A stretch of 64,000 nt of DNA. It comes from Desulfatiglandales bacterium (GTDB lineage: Bacteria > Desulfobacterota > DSM-4660 > Desulfatiglandales > Desulfatiglandaceae). Position 1 is the stretch's first letter. Each line of letters opens with the position of its first letter. The notes under the pieces were generated by a model that had not been told where the DNA came from, did not search any database, and was given only the letters and a program-made list of their open reading frames with translations. Both the position numbers and the translations under genes were made by a program. Location: assembly GCA_963662465.1 (NCBI GenBank), contig OY759599.1, positions 4,640,001-4,704,000 on the forward strand, written 5' to 3'. Positions 29,866-40,747 of this stretch are shown here, in pieces.

Positions 29866-30168
29866 ACATCTGCAGGGTGCAGATGTTCCCCATCCTGCCC
29901 CCTGACAACTGACAACTGAACGGGTGATCACGTTAATCCACCAAGACCCGAACTTATATGGACGCCGTCTTCTAATCTTGTTCATCGTGTTAAATCCTGT
30001 GAATCGTGTTCAAAACGGGGAGGAGGCCAACAATGACGGATACCCCTTTCCCTTATAAATAAAATCCCCGACATCAGGTACGGCCACCGGAGGATCGTCT
30101 TGAGATGTATCCGGCGGCGCAAACCGGCCTGGCCCGGCTTGAGCGAAGTCGTCTTCCCGTCCATTTAA

Positions 30169-30194
30169 AGAGACAAGGCATGCCTTGTCTCTAC
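30169..30194 (-). repeat. Single GTAG-type REP palindrome
   Basis: Minus strand GTAGAGACAAGGCATGCCTTGTCTCT directly after the stop at 30196. Confidence 0.7.
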
Positions 30195-30195
30195 C

Positions 30196-33136
30196 CTACC
30201 CTTCCCGGGTGATCTCAGTTTCCTTCTCCTCCATGGCCAGCAGGATCCGCTTCCCTTCACCACAACTGTCGTCAATGTGCCTTGCATTCAAGATCAGGGT
30301 TTTCTTTCCCACGCCGGGAAGCGCCGCCGTCATTCCAAAGTTTTCAAAGCCCTTCTCCCTGGGAAGGACCTCCTCCAGGAGCCGGCGCAGGTCCGGGTTG
30401 TCCCACCCGCCGGAACAGAGGGTGTAGAAATGCCGACCGATCGTATCCTCGGGACCTGTTTCAAAGCAGGCGTAAAATGAGCGGTTGGCGGAAATCACCC
30501 GAAGGTCCGCATCCAGCACCAACAGGAGCTCCCGAAGGGTATCCACGATCTCTTCCGCATACCTTCAGGCCTCTTCCATGGCCGATTCCACCGCCTTTCT
30601 GGAAGAAACATCCACCAGGGTAATAACCACCCCGTCGATCACATTGTCCACGGTGCGATAGGGAAGGATGCGAAGTTCGTATGCCGCCCCCTCCGAGGAT
30701 GCCGCCTGGCCCTCATGAATCTTGAGGGTGTCAAGGACCTTTCGGGCCTCCCGAATGAGGGGATAATCCTCGAGCCGTGAGGCAATATCCGCCAGGGGCC
30801 TCCCCACGTCCGTGCTGATGAGCCGGAAAATCCTGGCGGCCTGGGGGGTGAAGCGTTTGATTAAGAGTTCGGGGTCCAGAAAGATGGTGGCGATATCCGT
30901 GGAGGCCAGGAGGTTGCTCAAATCGTCATTGGTTTTGGTGAGCTCTTCCAGTTTTTTTTGCAGCTCCATGTTCACCGTCATCAACTCCTTATTGGTGGAT
31001 TGAAGCTCTTCCTTGGAGGTCTCCAGCTCTTCGTTGGTACTCTGAAGCTCTTCGTTCACCGACTGAAGCTCCTCGTTGGTGCTTTTCAGTTCCTCGTTGG
31101 AGGTTTCCTGTTCCTCCATGAGGGTCTGAAGATATTCCCGGGTGGAGGCCAGCTCCTGCTGAAGACCCGCCACCGTCTGGTCGGTCCGGTCCGCGGCGCC
31201 GAGCCTCTTCACCAGTTCTTTTTCCGACGGTTTGGGAAGGTTTTCTTCTTCAAAGATCACCAGCATCATGGGTTCGGAGACCCCTTTTTCATGAAAGGGC
31301 CGGGCGATGATATTTACCTTCCGAATCTCCCGATCCACTTCCAGTTGAAGCCCCGAGACCCGCACCGCCTCCTTCCGCCGGAAGGCGTTGTGAAGGGCCG
31401 ATGCCAGGTGGCTGCGAAGGGGTTCCCGAATCATTTTCAGAATATGAAAGGTGGCCTTCCCAATGGGGGGGGGTGAGATACCGTTCGGTCCGTCCCATGA
31501 AATGAGCGATTTCGTAGTTCCGGTTGATGAGCACCCCCGGGGGCGCGTAGGCATCCAGAATGATGCGCTCCGCCGCCTGTTGCAGGTCCGGGACGCCGGG
31601 AGTCTCCTTCCGAGGGGCGTCGGCGCCCGGAATGAGAAAGGGAAGGCCGCTTTCAAGGGGATATTCCATAGCCCGCTCAAAGGGCTTTTCATTCTTTTGA
31701 AAGATTTTTCCCTTGCTGTCAATGGTGCTGAAAAGATCCCGGAATTCCCCGATGCTCTCGGAGGTTCCCAAGAAGAGGATGCCGTTCTTGTTCATGGCGT
31801 AGTGGAACAGGGGCAGCAGTTTTTTCTGAAGAATCCCTTCCATATAGATGAGCAGGTTGCGGCAGCTCAACAGGTCGATTTTGGAAAAGGGGGGATCCTT
31901 GATCACGTTGTGCGATGAAAAGACGATCATGTCGCGAATGGTCTTGCTGATCCGATAACTCTCGTCCTCCTTTGTGAAAAACCGTTTGAGCCGCTCCTTT
32001 GAGACGTCCGCCGAAATGGCCGCGGGGTACACCCCGGTGCGGGCCGCGTCGATGGCCCGGACGTCGATGTCGCTGGCGAAAATCTGAATGTCAAAGGCAC
32101 ACCGAAACATTTCCATGCTCTCCTGAAGGAGCATGGCCATGGAATAGGCCTCTTCACCGGTGGAACACCCCGCTACCCACACCCTGACCGGCCGGCCTGC
32201 GTCCCGGTTCTTGAACAGACCGGGAAGCGCTTTCTCCTGAAGGGCCGCAAAGGGTTCCGCATCCCTGAAAAAGCTGGTGACGCCGATGAGCAGATCCCTG
32301 AACAACGCCGTCCGTTCGGGGGGGGCCTCCTGGAGATAGCGCAGGTAGTCCGCCATTTTCTCGATCTGGTTGACGGCCATGCGGCGCTCGATGCGGCGCA
32401 AAATGGTGGTCTGTTTGTAGTTGGAAAAATCGTGGCCCGTGTGGCTTCGAATGATGGCGAATGCCTTTTGAACATGGTTCACCGACTGCTTTTCGGAAGC
32501 CATGACGGGGGGGCGCCCGGCCTCCACATAGGGGTGCTTCACATACCCCAGAAGCTGCTTCGGCATCTCTTCGGGCGACAGGATATAGTCCACCAGCCCC
32601 GTATCCATGGCGCTTTGGGGCATGCCGTTATACCGGGCGGATGCCAGGGACTGAACCATGGCCATGCCCCCCCGCCCCTTGATCTCCTTGAGGCCCAGGG
32701 TGCCGTCGGACGCCGTGCCCGATAAAATAATGCAGATGGCCTTTTCATTCATTTCCTCGGAGAGGGACCGAAAAAAGAAGTCGATGGGAAGACTCATCCC
32801 CCGGGTCTCCACGGGATCCAGGAGTTGAAAGCTTCCGTTGATGAGCGTCACGTTTTTGCCGGGCGGCGCCAGGTAGACGTGATCGGGGGTCACTTCCAGC
32901 CCGTCTTTGATTTCCGAAATGGCAAGGGATGTCTGCTTGGCCAGAAGAGAGCCCATGATGCTCTTGTGGGTAGGGCTCAGGTGTTGAACAGCGCCTCGAG
33001 GGCCTCCCGCCGACGCGCCGATCCCCACGATGGGAAAGGAGCGGATTTTTCCCTCCTCCTTAGAAACATCGGCGACGGCGTTACGGGGCCCCGACGGGGC
33101 ATCGGTTTTGTCGGCGGCTTTCTTTTTGGGGGACAT
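30196..33136 (-). pseudogene. CheB-CheR-coiled coil-PAS fusion, disrupted
   Basis: VGIGASAGG..VQHL with internal deletion ~32990; CheR motifs; ELQSTNEELETSKEELQS; frameshift at G-run ~31465; in-frame TGA 30565-30567 before last PAS. Confidence 0.85.
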
Positions 33137-33251
33137 TGTTCCATCCTTTCGGTAAGGGGTTGATGGGGGGGGGGGAAACCAGCATCGCATCACTATAATC
33201 CAAAGCGGGGTTCGTCCGCAAGCCAAAAAAAATAAGAGAGGGAGTGGGGGG

Positions 33252-33608
33252 TTAAATCTCAAATTCGTGAGCAATCTCTTTTAGTGCTGATACAATCATA
33301 TCTTTCACGGCTTTCTCATTCCCAAATGACTTTTTAGCATAAATTGCCAGGGGGACAACCTTGCCTTTATCCTCGATGAAAAGATGAAACAACCGTAACC
33401 CGTTGCTTTTCCCAATCTTATGTTCAGGCAAATCGATTCGCATTTTCCTGACAAACAGGGCCCCAAAACCTGGATAGCGGTCTCCTTGCGCGGGGTTATC
33501 CTTCAAACTGTTGATTGTTTTTCTTATGTGATTTTTTGATTTAGGGTATTTTTTAGCGAGTTTCTTAAGGTTTTTGGTAAAAGAATTGGGTTCCCGAAGC
33601 TCGTACAT
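33252..33608 (-). CDS. RelE/HigB-like toxin
   Basis: FTKNLKKLAKKYP...L..NP..GD...VRKMRI...GKSNGLRL...LAIYAK. Confidence 0.82.
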   Translation of the reverse strand: MYELREPNSFTKNLKKLAKKYPKSKNHIRKTINSLKDNPAQGDRYPGFGALFVRKMRIDLPEHKIGKSNGLRLFHLFIEDKGKVVPLAIYAKKSFGNEKAVKDMIVSALKEIAHEFEI

Positions 33609-34033
33609 CAGGCGGCGTCAGCAATCCTGTTGATAAGGTTTTTTATTTCAATGTCTGATCCAATAAGACAATCTTCGGCAATCTCGCCCCAGGATTCAAG
33701 GGTGCGGCGGTACAAACGAAGGATAGGCCATTTCCATAAGTACGGCGATGCTTCCAACATTGAAACGCTTTTTATGCATAAATCCATTACGTCTTTGGTA
33801 TGCCGATAGAAGGTTTTCAGGCAGTTTCCGGTATCACAGGCTTCTTCGCATAAAGCCATTGAATCACGGATTTTCCGGGTAATGCGTTTAGAAGACAGGT
33901 ATATTTTAAAAGCAACGGCAGTCGCAACAAGGTTAAGTCTGAGAACGCCGACAATGCCCTTTGCGTCAGATTCTAAAATTAAATAAACGTTCCGTAAATC
34001 ATTTTGCAAACCATTGTATTTGGCTATTTCCAT
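33608..34033 (-). CDS. Hypothetical helical protein in antitoxin position
   Basis: Stop/start overlap with the toxin; GGAGG RBS; TTGACG-N17-GATACT promoter at 34085-34057. Confidence 0.7.
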   Translation of the reverse strand: MEIAKYNGLQNDLRNVYLILESDAKGIVGVLRLNLVATAVAFKIYLSSKRITRKIRDSMALCEEACDTGNCLKTFYRHTKDVMDLCIKSVSMLEASPYLWKWPILRLYRRTLESWGEIAEDCLIGSDIEIKNLINRIADAA

Positions 34034-34252
34034 GCTGCATACCTCCATACTTAAAAAGTATCACACATGCGGTTTTCAGCGTCAAGGCAAATATAGAGCG
34101 CTCGCTTTTCACTTCTCCCGAAACAGGGCCGGGCCAAAAAAGGCGAACACAAACCATTTGACGGTCAGGGAAAGGTGGGGTAGAATTTTGGGACTGACCG
34201 CCGGAAAACATGAAAACAGATGCCGATAATACTGACATGAAGGATTTTACCC

Positions 34253-36101
34253 ATGAAAGATACCGGGCAAAACAAGGAAAAATCGGAGATCCTGCGCAGG
34301 CGGGCCGAGGCGTTTCTGCAGGAAACATCCACCACCATCAGGGAGATGCCCACGGGCGACATCAAGAAGTTGATCGAGGAGCTTCAGATCCACCAGGTGG
34401 AGCTGGAAATACAGGGGGAGGAATTGCGCCGGGCCCAGATAGAACAGCAGGAGGCCCGGGACCGGTACGTGGATCTCTACGATTTTGCGCCGGTGGGGTA
34501 TGTGACCATCAGTGAAAAAGGGTTCATATTCGAGGCCAATCTGGCCGCAAGCGCCCTGCTGGGGGTGGAGCGGTCAACGCTTGTGGGGATGCCCTTCTCC
34601 GGATTTGTCGCCACCGAGGACCAGGATCTTTTCTACCACCACAAAAAAATGCTCCTGGAAACCGGGCATCGGGAGAGCTGTGTATTGCGGCTGCTGAAAC
34701 AAGACGGCCGGTGATCTGGCCGGCCTGCCGAAAGCGGCGCTTCCGGGCCGATATTGCCATGAGATCTGGCAGCACCGTGATACCCCCTGCGAAGGATGTC
34801 CCGCGCAGCGGGCCATTGAAACGGGTCAACCCCAGGAGGGCGAAGCGATGACGCCCGACGGCGTTTTCTGGTTCCTGAACGCCTATCCCGCCTTTGACGA
34901 CAAGGGAACGCTTTTGGGCGTCACGGAGGTGGGACGTAATATTACCGTACGGAAAAGACTCGAGGGCCAGCTCCAGCAGGCCTTGAAGATGGAGGCCGTG
35001 GGGACCCTGGCGGGAGGGATCGCCCATGATTTCAACAACATTCTGGCCATTATCCTTGGAAACGCGGAACTGGCCCTGGATGACGTCCCCGAGGGAACTC
35101 CCACCCATGGGTCTCTAACGGAAATCACTCGGGCCTCCCTTCGGGCAAAGGAGATGGTCCGGCAACTGCTGGCCTTCAGCCGCAAGAGCGACGAAGAACA
35201 GCATCCCCTGGAATTGACGTCCGTTATCAAGGAATCCATGAAAATGCTTCGAAACGTCATTCCCACCAGCGTTGCGTTCCAAACGCATATCCCGACGGCT
35301 TCATGGACGATTATGGGGGATGTGGCCCAGATCAATCAGATCATGATGAACCTGATCGCCAACGGGGCCCAGGCCATGCCCGACGAAAAGGGCCTCCTGG
35401 AAGTGACCCTGGAAAACATGACCCTCGGGGAAGAAACCGCGTGCTTCAGCTCAACCATTGCCCCGGGCGATTATGTCAAACTGAGCGTGAGCGACACGGG
35501 GGAAGGGATCGCAACCGAAGATCTGGACCGGGTTTTCGAGCCCTATTACACCACCAAGGAGGTGGGCAAGGGGACGGGAATGGGTCTTTCGGTGGTTCAC
35601 GGCATCGTCAAACGGCATGGCGGCGGAATCCGGGTGAAGAGCGACCCCGGAAAGGGAACGCGCTTCGAGATCTATTTCCCCGCTTTCAAAAAAACCGTTG
35701 AAGCGGAAAAAGAGACCCCGGAGGAAATCAGAGGGGGCACGGAAAGCATCCTCATGGTGGATGACGACGCCGCCATCGTGAATTTGAACCACCAGCGGCT
35801 TACGCGGCTGGGCTACCGGGTCAAAAGCACGGTTGAACCCCTGAAGGCACTGGAGTGGTTCAAGGCCGATCCGGACGGGTTCGACGCGGTCATCAGCGAC
35901 ATGACCATGCCGCAAATGACCCGGGAGATCCTTTCCATTCGCCCCCAAATGCCGGTGATCCTCTGCACCGGCTTTAGCGCGCGGGTAACCGAAAAGGACG
36001 CCCATGCCCTGGGTGCGGCCAAATACCTGGAAAAGCCGCTGGAAGTCAGGCATCTGGCGACCGCCCTTCGGGAGGTGCTGGAGGAAAAAGGGGCGCGTTG
36101 A
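34253..36101 (+). pseudogene. PAS hybrid histidine kinase, disrupted between ~34710 and 34850
   Basis: ELQIHQVELEIQGEELR..YVDLYDFAPVGY; then AHDFNNIL, GTGMGLS, REC with short deletion (MPQMT-REIL). Confidence 0.82.
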
Positions 36102-36130
36102 TCCCGGAACTTCGCCCAACGCCAACTTCG

Positions 36131-36487
36131 TTATTTTCGTATGACCGTCTCCAATTCCGATTCCCACCCTTTGCAGACCAAAGCGATATACCGAGGTACA
36201 GGACGTTTGCACGTACCGTATGCGCTTATGGTTCGGGGTGTAATCCCCAAAGCGACAGCGGCGTCTCTCAGGGAAAGGCCGTGTTTGGCGCGCCACTTGG
36301 TGAAAATACGGGTGTTTTCATCAGCCGCATTCTGGGCCTGAGCGTCAAGCCACAACGTATCCGCGCCGATTTGGATATCTAAATCCGGCCATTCCACTGT
36401 CCATCCTTCACCCGGAACGAGCGTGGCCCTGGAGAAAACCGCCGGATCTTTGAGCGGCGCAAGGCCGGGGGATTCAATGATTTTCAA
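36131..36487 (-). pseudogene. DUF2442-like + HTH antitoxin-type protein, probably 5'-truncated
   Basis: LKDPAVF...GWTVEWPDLDIQIGADTL; WRAKHGLSLRDAAVALGITPRTISAY. Confidence 0.65.
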
Positions 36488-36604
36488 TTAATTTATTGCA
36501 TCTCCTATCAATCGGTGATAATTTTGACATTATGGTTTGCATATGTGACAGATGCCCTCTCAGAATCGACGTGTAAGGATCTGTTCATCCCTGGTTAGGT
36601 TCTA

Positions 36605-36796
36605 ATGAGTAAAAGGCAGAGAAAGAACACCGCCAAGTACCTTTATGATATCAGCAAAGGGATTGCACTCCTTGCTGTTGTGGGAAACATGGTCCAAGAT
36701 CACTGAAACCTGTCAAATCTCCTTATTGGACTCTTTGCCGCTTTTGGCTTTTTCGTATGGGGTTATGCAGTTGACGGAGGTTTCCAAAATGAGTAA
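36605..36796 (+). pseudogene. 63-codon two-TM small protein (DUF6722-like) with internal TGA
   Basis: MSKRQRKNTAKYLYDISKGIALLAVVGNMVQDH*NLSNLLIGLFAAFGFFVWGYAVDGGFQNE; TGA at 36704. Confidence 0.6.
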
Positions 36797-36884
36797 CCTG
36801 ACCATTCTATTTATTATCCTTGCCATTATAGGCTTCACGGGCGCCCTCTTTACAGTCCTCAAACAGCGCAAATCTCGCCGATGA
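36789..36884 (+). CDS. 31-aa single-TM peptide with basic tail
   Basis: GGAGG RBS; MSNLTILFIILAIIGFTGALFTVLKQRKSRR; overlaps upstream ORF. Confidence 0.6.
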   Translation: MSNLTILFIILAIIGFTGALFTVLKQRKSRR

Positions 36885-37115
36885 CATCACCGTATCCTCA
36901 GAGATAGAAATCGTTCTGATCATCTCCGTGGATGAACCTGCTGAAGGGTCGCCTCAAAAGGGACGCCCGGTCCACCCGCACCTTAACGTGGTCCGGACCC
37001 AGACCCAAAAAAACCCTTAACTTCCATGGGGACCTGAAAGATATTGCCCACTAAAATAACGAAGGCATCAATGTCCCCCATTATGAATTTTGAATTAATT
37101 TCAACAACTAAAAGA

Positions 37116-37240
37116 TATATTCCACAAAAACCTTGGTGGATATCGCCAACGCAAAGAGGGAGAAAATTATGAAAAAAACAGATATCGCTAAAGAACCATG
37201 CTCTGAATGTGGCGGTAGACTGGAGCGAAAATATATCTCA
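37116..37240 (+). pseudogene. Remnant of a DUF4258-like toxin 3' end and YgiT/MqsA-type zinc-finger 5' end
   Basis: YIPQKPWWISPTQRGRKL* with ATGA overlap into MKKTDIAKEPCSECGGRLERKYIS. Confidence 0.5.
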
Positions 37241-37311
37241 CGCAAAGGTGCAAAGTTTTTCCGTTGCCAATATTTTTCCAGCAATTTTGCATTCGAAATG
37301 CATAATTGCAC

Positions 37312-38022
37312 ATCGGCGGTTACCCGGAACTCGTTGCCAACCCGGTACGTGATATCTACCTCTGGCACAGCAGCTACGTTCAAACCTATCTTGAACGGGA
37401 CGTCCGCACCCTCCGCCAGGTGGGCGACCTTTCCCAATTCCAGAGCTTTCTCAGGGCGCTGGCTGCACGGACCGCTCAACTTCTGAGCCTCAGCGATCTC
37501 GCCCGGGACCTGGGCATTGCCGTGAATACGGTCAAGGCGTGGCTCTCCGTACTAGAAGCGACCTACCAGGTCACCGTACTCCGACCCTACTTCGCCAATG
37601 TGGGAAAACGCCTCGTCAAAACACCCAAAATCTATTTCACGGACGTAGGAACGCTCTGTTATCTGACCGGGCTCAAAGACCCCGAGCATGCGGCGCATGG
37701 CTCCATGGCCGGTCCGATCATGGAAGCCGCCGTGCTCTCTGAAATCGTCAGGACCCTCACCCATCGGGGCCACGAACCACAGGTCTATTTCTGGCGGACC
37801 TCAACCGGAGCGGAAGTAGACATCGTTGTGGAGACCGCCGGCAAGCTCATTCCCGTCGAAGTCAAGCTCTCCGCCACTCCGCGACCTGCGTTTGCGGCCG
37901 CCATTCGTACTTTCCAGAAAGACCTTGGCAACAGAGCTGCGTCCGGGTACGTGGTTCATCCAGGAGATGTTTGCTTGCCCCTGGGACCGAACGTAACAGC
38001 ACTGCCCTTCGCCGAACTCTAG
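37312..38022 (+). pseudogene. C-terminal half of AAA+ ATPase / DUF4143 protein
   Basis: GGYPEL, YLERDVR, KRLVKTPKIYFTDVG, YFWRTSTGAEVD, PVEVK; Walker A part absent. Confidence 0.8.
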
Positions 38023-38037
38023 CCGCTTCCATTCCCA

Positions 38038-39709
38038 CTATATCGTCTTCCTCTTTTCCCTCTCTCTTTCAACCGGCAGCCTCACTCTCATGGTGGTCCC
38101 GTCCGGTCCCGTCTCGGCCACCGCAATCTCACCCCCGTGGTCCTTGATGATGCCGTAACTGATGGAGAGCCCCAGACCCGTCCCCTTACCCACCTCCTTG
38201 GTGGTGAAAAAGGGATCGAAGATTCTGTCCAGCTTGTCCGCCGGAATGCCGCACCCGTTGTCCCGGACAAGGAGTTCGATAAACCCTTTGGATTGTTGAT
38301 TGTTGATTTTGGATTGTTGATTGTTGATTTTGGATTGTTGATTGGGTAAGGAATATCGGGTGGTGATCTCAATTTTTCCCCCTTCGATCTCCAATTTCGA
38401 ATTTTCAGTTTCATTCCGCAATCCGCAATTCAACGGCGTCTCTCGCATTGCCAATCAAATTCAACACCACCTGCTCCAGTTCATTGGGATCCCCCTTGAC
38501 TTGGGGAATATCCGGGGAAAGGGTCTTTTCGACCGTGATATTCCGAAGCCTGAGTTGTTCTCCGACCATGAGAAAGCACTCTTCAATGACCCGGTTCATG
38601 TCCACGGGGACGGAAACCTTCTCCGACTGTCGGCTGAATTGCCTCAGATGGTTGATGATGTTCATCATGCGCCTGGTGTTTTTATCGACCACATCCCCCA
38701 GCTCCGGAAGATCGCCGGCATCGGAAGTCCCTTTCTGAGACTTTCGCAGGGCCAGCTGGGCACTCATGCGCATCACCGTCAGGGGCTGGTTGAGTTCATG
38801 GGCCACGCCCGCGGCAAGCTCCCCGATGGCGGCGAGCTTGGCCGCCTGGACGAGCTGGGCCTGGGTGTCGCGGAGTCTTTCATCGGCGAGCTTTCGCAGG
38901 GAAATGTCCCGGGCAATGCCCAGCACTCCTTTCTTTCCATCTAAGGTCACCGGGTAGGTTCGGACTTCAACAAAGAATTTTTCTCCGTCTTTACGGATCA
39001 GGGTGAATTCCTCCGGCCCCCCGGGTTCGCCCGTTGCACTCCTCGCCAAATGCTGAAACACCCTCGGTATCTCCTCCGGCGAAACGAGGTTTAATTCCAG
39101 AAAATCCCTTCCAATGACCTCTTCCTTACCATATCCGATCAGATCTTCCGAGGTTCGGTTCATGTCCTGAAATACCCCTTTGAAATCGAGCAAAAAAATC
39201 CCGTCCGGGGCGGCATCAAAGAGAATTCTCAACCGCTCTTCGCTCTCTTTGAGTTCGTCCAAAACCTTTTTTTCCTCTGATATATCCCGGCCGACCGCAA
39301 CCATGGCGTGGGGATGGTTTTGCGCATCATGGAGTAAAGAAAACCGCATACTCACGGGGATTTCTTCACCCGATGGATTCACGGACCGGCACTGAACGGT
39401 TTTAAACGGAATTTTCCTTGAAATGATTTCACGGATGCAACCTATCACCTTTTCTCGGTCCTCTTCATGGATGAAATCCCCCGCCGGTTTTCCCAGCAGG
39501 ACTTCCCGCGCAAGCCCCATCCGTTCCACCATAATTTTATTTACATAGGTAACTTTCCCAAAAAGATCGGTGATGGTGATCCCGTCCGCCATGGCATCCA
39601 GGATAGAAGCGATTTTCTCGATCCCGGCCAGGGCACGGAGCCCGGCAAGTTCCGCCTTCAGGTCCTTTACCTGCTGTTGCGGCGATTTGTATGACGGTTT
39701 CTTCTCCAT
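38038..39709 (-). pseudogene. PAS-PAS histidine kinase frameshifted at a heptamer repeat inside the HATPase
   Basis: AGVAHELNQPL and NLIGNARDA in one frame; [18 protein letters not shown] in another; shift at (TTGCGGA)x2 ~38414-38428. Confidence 0.88.
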
Positions 39710-39823
39710 AAACCTTACCCTTGCTTACGCTTGCCAACCTCCCACGGTTTCGTGTCTTTAAGGAGTTAAGAGCAAACAAATTCTCTGTTGTTTTACCAAC
39801 CCACCTATGTTAACGTTTACACC

Positions 39824-39961
39824 ATGAAGCCCATCCGATATACCAGACATGCAAAAAACAGAATAAGGATTGCAAATAAATATCTAAGGGTTACATATCT
39901 TGTATCAAAGGAAGAGATCCTTGTATTAACCGCGGTAAAAAAGAAAAAAGGATGGAGGTGA
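39824..39961 (+). pseudogene. DUF4258-like toxin, internally deleted
   Basis: MKPIRYTRHAKNRIR joined to ..KYLRVTY..EEILVLTAV; 45 aa. Confidence 0.65.
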
Positions 39962-39967
39962 TCGGTT

Positions 39968-40195
39968 TTGAGAATTGAATACGATAAAGAGGCGGATGCC
40001 CTGTATATCCAATTACGGGAAGTATACGTGGACGATAATATCGACCTTGAAGAAGGGATCACAATCGATCTGGATGCAAAGAGACATGTGGTGGGGATCG
40101 AAATCCTGGATGCCGGCAAGAAATTATCATTGAATGATATGGCTAACATAACCATTGAAAACCTCCCTTTAGAGATCGCCGCGGCAGCCGCTTGA
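39968..40195 (+). CDS. DUF2283-like antitoxin
   Basis: MRIEYDKEADALYIQL...GITIDLD....VGIEILDA; GGAGG RBS. Confidence 0.85.
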   Translation: MRIEYDKEADALYIQLREVYVDDNIDLEEGITIDLDAKRHVVGIEILDAGKKLSLNDMANITIENLPLEIAAAAA

Positions 40196-40212
40196 TGAAG
40201 CGTCAAGAATGA

Positions 40213-40542
40213 TCTTTTCATTCTTCTCCCTCTCTTTCAACGGGCAGCCGGATACTCATGGTGGTCCCGTCCGGCCCCGTCTCAGCCACCGCAATCTCAC
40301 CCCCGTGGTCCTTGATGATGCCGTAACTGATGGAGAGCCCCAGACGGGATCCCGGGCCCGTTGTCTTTTACGAGGATTTCGACAAATCCGCCGGATGGTT
40401 GATGGTTGATTGTTGATTGGGTAAGGAATGTCGAGTGGTGATTTCGATTATCCCCCCTCTGATTTCCAATTTCGAATTTCCAGTTTCATTCCGCAATCCG
40501 CAATCCGCAATTCAACCGCATCTCTCGCGTTCCCAATCAGGT
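40213..40542 (-). pseudogene. Deleted paralogous copy of the 38050-38460 HATPase-coding segment
   Basis: Near-identical blocks 40235-40345 vs 38067-38177 and 40412-40540 vs 38337-38457. Confidence 0.8.
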
Positions 40543-40544
40543 TC

Positions 40545-40644
40545 GGAATCATTCAATGTCGCTTTGTTTGTTGGGGGCTTCATTGTCACCATACTATTTT
40601 TTGCTTTAGGTTTCTTAATTGACGGCAAGGAGTTGAGAAAATGA
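40545..40644 (+). pseudogene. 3' part of a two-TM small protein homologous to 36605-36796
   Basis: ..FNVALFVGGFIVTILFFALGFLIDGKELRK*; matches FFVWGYAVDG. Confidence 0.5.
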
Positions 40645-40745
40645 CATACTTTGGAATCGCACTGATCATTCTTGGTGTTTTTGCTTTAGCAGGTATTATT
40701 TATATCCAGCTTGACAAAAAGCACTTTAGACCAAGACAAGACTGA
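40641..40745 (+). CDS. 34-aa single-TM peptide with charged tail
   Basis: AGGAG RBS, ATGA overlap; MTYFGIALIILGVFALAGIIYIQLDKKHFRPRQD. Confidence 0.6.
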   Translation: MTYFGIALIILGVFALAGIIYIQLDKKHFRPRQD

Positions 40746-40747
40746 TT

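Noticed and set aside
30960..31110. 21-nt periodic DNA as another repeat element
   Set aside because: It is the normal ELQSTNEEL heptad coiled coil of CheB/CheR fusion proteins.
31464..31474. Programmed or phase-variable frameshift at the G-run in cheBR (also 40848 and the C-run near 62352)
   Set aside because: Single-base homopolymer indels are equally explained by long-read error and cannot be judged without reads.
33137..33274. Extended N-termini in the ORF track (also 19133-19252, 24378-24542, 45383-45463)
   Set aside because: Better RBS-linked starts lie downstream; extensions run through intergenic or repeat DNA.
38050..40542. Diversity-generating retroelement TR/VR pair
   Set aside because: Differences between copies are not adenine-specific, and no reverse transcriptase is present.
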